From Eledone cirrhosa (lineage: Eukaryota), in contig OZ024743.1 in assembly GCA_964016885.1 (NCBI GenBank), forward strand, positions 255,688,001 through 255,752,000: a stretch of DNA of 64,000 bases. The letters run 5' to 3'. The position numbers and the translations under genes were made by a program. This document shows, piece after piece, positions 60,431 to 64,000 of the stretch (positions are counted from its first letter, which is position 1; every line of letters begins with the position of its first letter). A model generated the notes under the pieces. The model did no database searches. It saw only the letters and a program-made list of their open reading frames with translations, and was not told the origin of the DNA.

Positions 60431-60689
60431 TCAACAGCAACAATACCATCACCAACACCACAATCACAACAACAACAAGAAGCAAATATCTATAAATCAA
60501 TATCCTTAGTCTTCCTGAATGGCTTTTTAGTATTGCAAATAATTTAGAAATCTAAATTCAACTTCTAAATTCAATTCCTTATTTAATAATATTATTAACA
60601 TCATTATTAGTGTTATTTATTGTTTCAGTTATTGTTGTTTCTATTATTAATATCATTATAACATTATAATTATTGTTGTTATCTTTATC

Positions 60690-60900
60690 AGTGGAATGGC
60701 AGTATTGATAGATTGTCAGACAAAATACTTTGCCGTATTTAATTAAAACTTTCTAGGTCCTGAGTTCAAACCCTGCCGTGGTTAGCTTTGCTTTTCATCA
60801 TTACAGGATCGATGAAATAAAATACCAGTAATACACTGGAGTCAATTTAAATGAATTTCCTTACCCCCAAAATCGTTGGCCTTTATGCATGAATCAGAAA
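60690..60900 (+). mobile_element. SINE family A, older long variant
   Basis: GTGGAATGGCAGTATTGATAG...CTGAGTTCAAACCCTGCCGTGGTTAGCTTTGCTTTTCATC...GGCCTTTATGCATGAATCAGAAA. Confidence 0.85.
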
Positions 60901-60902
60901 CC

Positions 60903-61086
60903 TGGATTGGCAGTATCGGTCGAGGGTTGGACGCCATCCTTTTCAGCAAAGAGTTATGTGCTTTTATGGTCTGAGTTCAAATCCTGCCGTGGTTAACTTT
61001 GCCTTTCATCCTTATGGGGTCAATCAAATAAAGTAATGCACTGAGATAATTGCTGGCCTTGTCCCAAAAGTAGAAACAATTATTAT
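60903..61086 (+). mobile_element. SINE family A, near full length
   Basis: TGGATTGGCAGTATCGG...GAGTTCAAATCC...GGCCTTGTCCCAAAAGTAGAAACAATTATT. Confidence 0.9.
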
Positions 61087-61257
61087 CATTATTACTACAA
61101 CTACCACTAATAAGTAGAAAATAAATTAAATAATTTATTAGTTTAATTTCAGTTAATTATTAGGAGCAGAGGTAAAGAGAAGGAAGAGGATGATGAAGAG
61201 GAGTATGGGAAGATTTTCTGCCATTTGAACAGAATATGATTTCATTGTGAATGTATA

Positions 61258-61443
61258 ATATTTGTTTCTACTTTAAGCAATTTGAAGGGAAGGGGAAAGT
61301 CAATTAAATCGAACCCAATTCTTACTGGTACTTTATTTTAACAACACTGTAAGGATGAAAGGTAAAGCTAACCTTGGTAAAGGGCCGTAACTCTATGTTA
61401 CAAAGCATGGAGTCCGATGCTCTATCGATATTGCCAATCCACC
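61258..61443 (-). mobile_element. SINE family A with an internal deletion
   Basis: TTGTTTCTAC...GGTACTTTATTTT...AAGGATGAAAGG...GCCAATCCACC. Confidence 0.85.
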
Positions 61444-61874
61444 AAGGGAGCCTCATAATGGCTACAATTCTTTGTTGTTTTTGTTTAGTCAAGGTGAAAA
61501 GGACAGTGTCTTTGTCAGGGTTTGCAGACTGGTGGAAAGGAAGGAGATGAAAATTAGACTGAAGCCAAATACCTGCCCATACACATATACTTAAAAAAAA
61601 AACAGGTAAAAATCTCTCACACAGAGAACACAAGCAACACACATTGGTGCACACTTCATTTCTTCCAAAGAAGAGCTAGCTTCTATAAACCCTCCAATAT
61701 GGAGAGCATTTCTAATTGATATCTAATTAGCCAGTGAAGATGCCACCACCTGGTCTTCTCCCACTCCTACAGATGTTTATGTTATTTCTTCTAACCATTG
61801 TAGCTTCCTAATGTACTGCTCAGCTCACTTCCAATAAACTATAAATATTGAAAATGTAAAAGACACGACAAAAA

Positions 61875-62103
61875 GTACCCAGCCCACACTGTAAGGTGGA
61901 CGAGTAAAAGACATGGCAAAAAGCACCCAGCCCATACTGTCAATGTGGTTGGCGTTAGCAAGGGCATCCAGCCATAGAAAACCAGCCAGAAACACCCCTA
62001 TATGAGCAAGACATAGTCATCCGACCCATCTTGCCTTTAAATGGGACCGATCTAACCCATGCTAGTGTGGAAGATGGACGTTAATCAATGATGATGATGA
62101 TGA
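61875..62103 (+). mobile_element. SINE-like family B 3' part
   Basis: GTGGTTGGCGTTAGCAAGGGCATCCAGCCATAGAAA...CCCATGCTAGTGTGGAAGATGGACGTT-(ATG)n. Confidence 0.8.
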
Positions 62104-62443
62104 TTGCTATTATTACTTTAAAACTCGTTTATAAAACAAAATAACTGAAACAATGCATATGTTCATATTAAGATGGCTGAACTAACAAACTGAGAGGACA
62201 TATTAAGATCTTCCCAGTGAAACACGTGTATTCAGAAAATGCACTGTTGATGTAATACAAGCAATTTATATAACACAATTCGTCTCTCAGCTTGAGTGCT
62301 CTAACAACTTTGTATATTTATTACGAAATTCAAATCCATTATATACATATATATTGTCTAACCCATTCTAGCATGGGAAAATGGACGATAAGCTATGTTG
62401 ATCATGATATGAGTGAGTATGTGTTTGTGTATATATTATATAC

Positions 62444-62478
<35 letters not shown>

Positions 62479-62485
<7 letters not shown>

Positions 62486-62740
62486 TATGTACACGTACAT
62501 ACATATATGTATACAGACGTACAGTAGTATGTATATTTGTCAGTATTGAACAAACGAGCAACGATGGTTGCTAGACACTATGGCTTAATACAGGATGTTT
62601 GTTTACAAACACACCGAGCATTATAATAAATGTTCGGTGAATCCATACGTACATATATATATGTGTGCATGTATGTATATATATATACATACTACTGTAC
62701 GTCTGTATACATATATGTATGTACGTGTACATACTTATAT
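62479..62740. repeat. 58-bp perfect inverted repeat with ~146-bp spacer
   Basis: 62,479-62,536 is the reverse complement of 62,683-62,740. Confidence 0.85.
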
Positions 62741-62796
62741 TTAAGTAACAGCCGTACTAAGAGTGGGAAATGAAATTCTGTTTCATTTTTTCCGTT

Positions 62797-62900
<104 letters not shown>

Positions 62901-62911
62901 ATTACAAATTT

Positions 62912-63723
62912 GAGTTAAAGACCCACAATCATCCCCTATATTTTAATGAGCTCAAGGAACAGATTGTGGGTCCTTTATAAATCAGCATACAGAGAGAGGT
63001 ATACATAAAGATATGTTTTCACATACTTTATTTTGAGCATGTCCAGATGTTATAGTAATAATTGAATGGTTAGTTCCTTTTAATATATTCTTTTAATTAA
63101 TTTGTATTCCCCATTCCCTTTGTAGTTAATATGTTCCTCACACTGATGGTTTTCTGTCTCCTATAATTGAACACATATCTCAATGTGTACTTCTCTCAAT
63201 ATGCTGATTTATAATAAGCCCGGAATCTGTTCCTTGAGCTCATTAAATTACAGGGGATGATTGTGGGTGTTTAACTCTACTTTTGATATAATTGTTCCAG
63301 TTTCATTTGTATATATGAGTAGAGCTTCTTAAGTTGAATGGTTCTGAGCTGTTGTTTTTAGCAGACTTAGGTCTATTCACACCACCATGGACTATAAAAT
63401 GTACATATGCTTTGTCTATACCATGTGCGTTTTTTTAGTTATCTGATAGAGTTTTAGAAGTGAAGACTGTATTGATAGGGCATCCGCCGTTGGGCTACAC
63501 TACAATATGTAACTTACACTTGAAATAGCAAAACATGCTCTATTTTGAGTGTGTCCAGGTGTTTTAGTTATAATTGGATGGTTAGTGCATTTTAATATAT
63601 TCTTTTAATGTATTTGTATTCACCATTCCTTCCATAGTTAATATGTTCTTCACTCTGGTGGTCTTAAATCCCTTATAATTGAACACATATCTCTATGTGT
63701 ACTTCTCTCTATATGCTGATTTA
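62912..63723. repeat. Diverged repeat with ~512-bp direct period plus an inverted partial copy
   Basis: 63,029-63,211 is similar to 63,541-63,723 (direct). 62,912-63,021 is similar to the reverse complement of 63,168-63,278. Confidence 0.8.
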
Positions 63724-63793
63724 TCTATATGTATCTATCTATCTATCTATCTATCTATCTCTCTATATATATAATAGATCTATATATATAATA

Positions 63794-64000
63794 GATCCAA
63801 CAGAGGGACCAGCTATTGAGATTGACGAATATAGGGTCCAAGAGGCGATTAAGGAAATGAAAAAGGGTAAGGCCGCTTGACCATTGGGGATAGTTGCTGA
63901 GATGCTGAAGGCGTCAGTGGACGTAGGCACTAAACTGGTTGCACGCTTCATCAATCAGGCTATATATGGTGGTGTCATACCCAAAGACTGGTGCAGCAGT
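63794..64000 (+). mobile_element. RTE-clade LINE fragment at the start of the RT domain; runs off the window
   Basis: DPTEGPAIEIDEYRVQEAIKEMKKGKAA*PLGIVAEMLKAS...IPKDWCSS matches the EV..A...MK.GKA.GP.GI..EMLK...IP.DW..S pattern. One in-frame stop. Confidence 0.88.

Noticed and set aside
15619-60500. Giant minus-strand poly-Val/Leu ORFs (VVVLLVLLLL)n
   Set aside because: Implausibly hydrophobic, started at TTG/GTG inside the repeat and repeatedly broken by TAG (39,014; 46,425; 53,028; 58,413 and others). A by-product of the repeat.
62165-62320. Minus-strand open stretch (VVRALKLRDELCYINCLYY...) as the exon upstream of the array
   Set aside because: No convincing acceptor/donor pair and no recognisable homology.

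Overview
AT-rich animal genomic DNA, most likely an octopod cephalopod. This is inferred from the tRNA-headed SINE families, a TTAA-flanked MITE, RTE-LINE fragments and dense (TA)n/(AAT)n microsatellites. About 45 kb (~15,740-60,430) is one uninterrupted head-to-tail array of roughly 1,490 copies of a 30-bp, G-free unit (AAC AAT ACY ACY ACT AAC AAT AAC AAC ACC). The array has nested higher-order duplications (240 bp to ~7.4 kb offsets), spatially zoned variant domains and only three visible frame-breaking indels. All giant ORFs in the track come from this array and are most simply by-products of its triplet composition. A giant Asn/Thr glycoprotein reading (ATG 15,635 to TAA 60,495) and a dense Quaking/STAR-site RNA reading are testable alternatives. 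The flanks are TE-rich: a decayed mariner, a piggyBac-like MITE, RTE LINE fragments, about 20 SINE copies or fragments and several fold-back inverted repeats. A probable minus-strand exon at 14,767-15,210 would place the array inside an intron. No gene could be named from the sequence alone.
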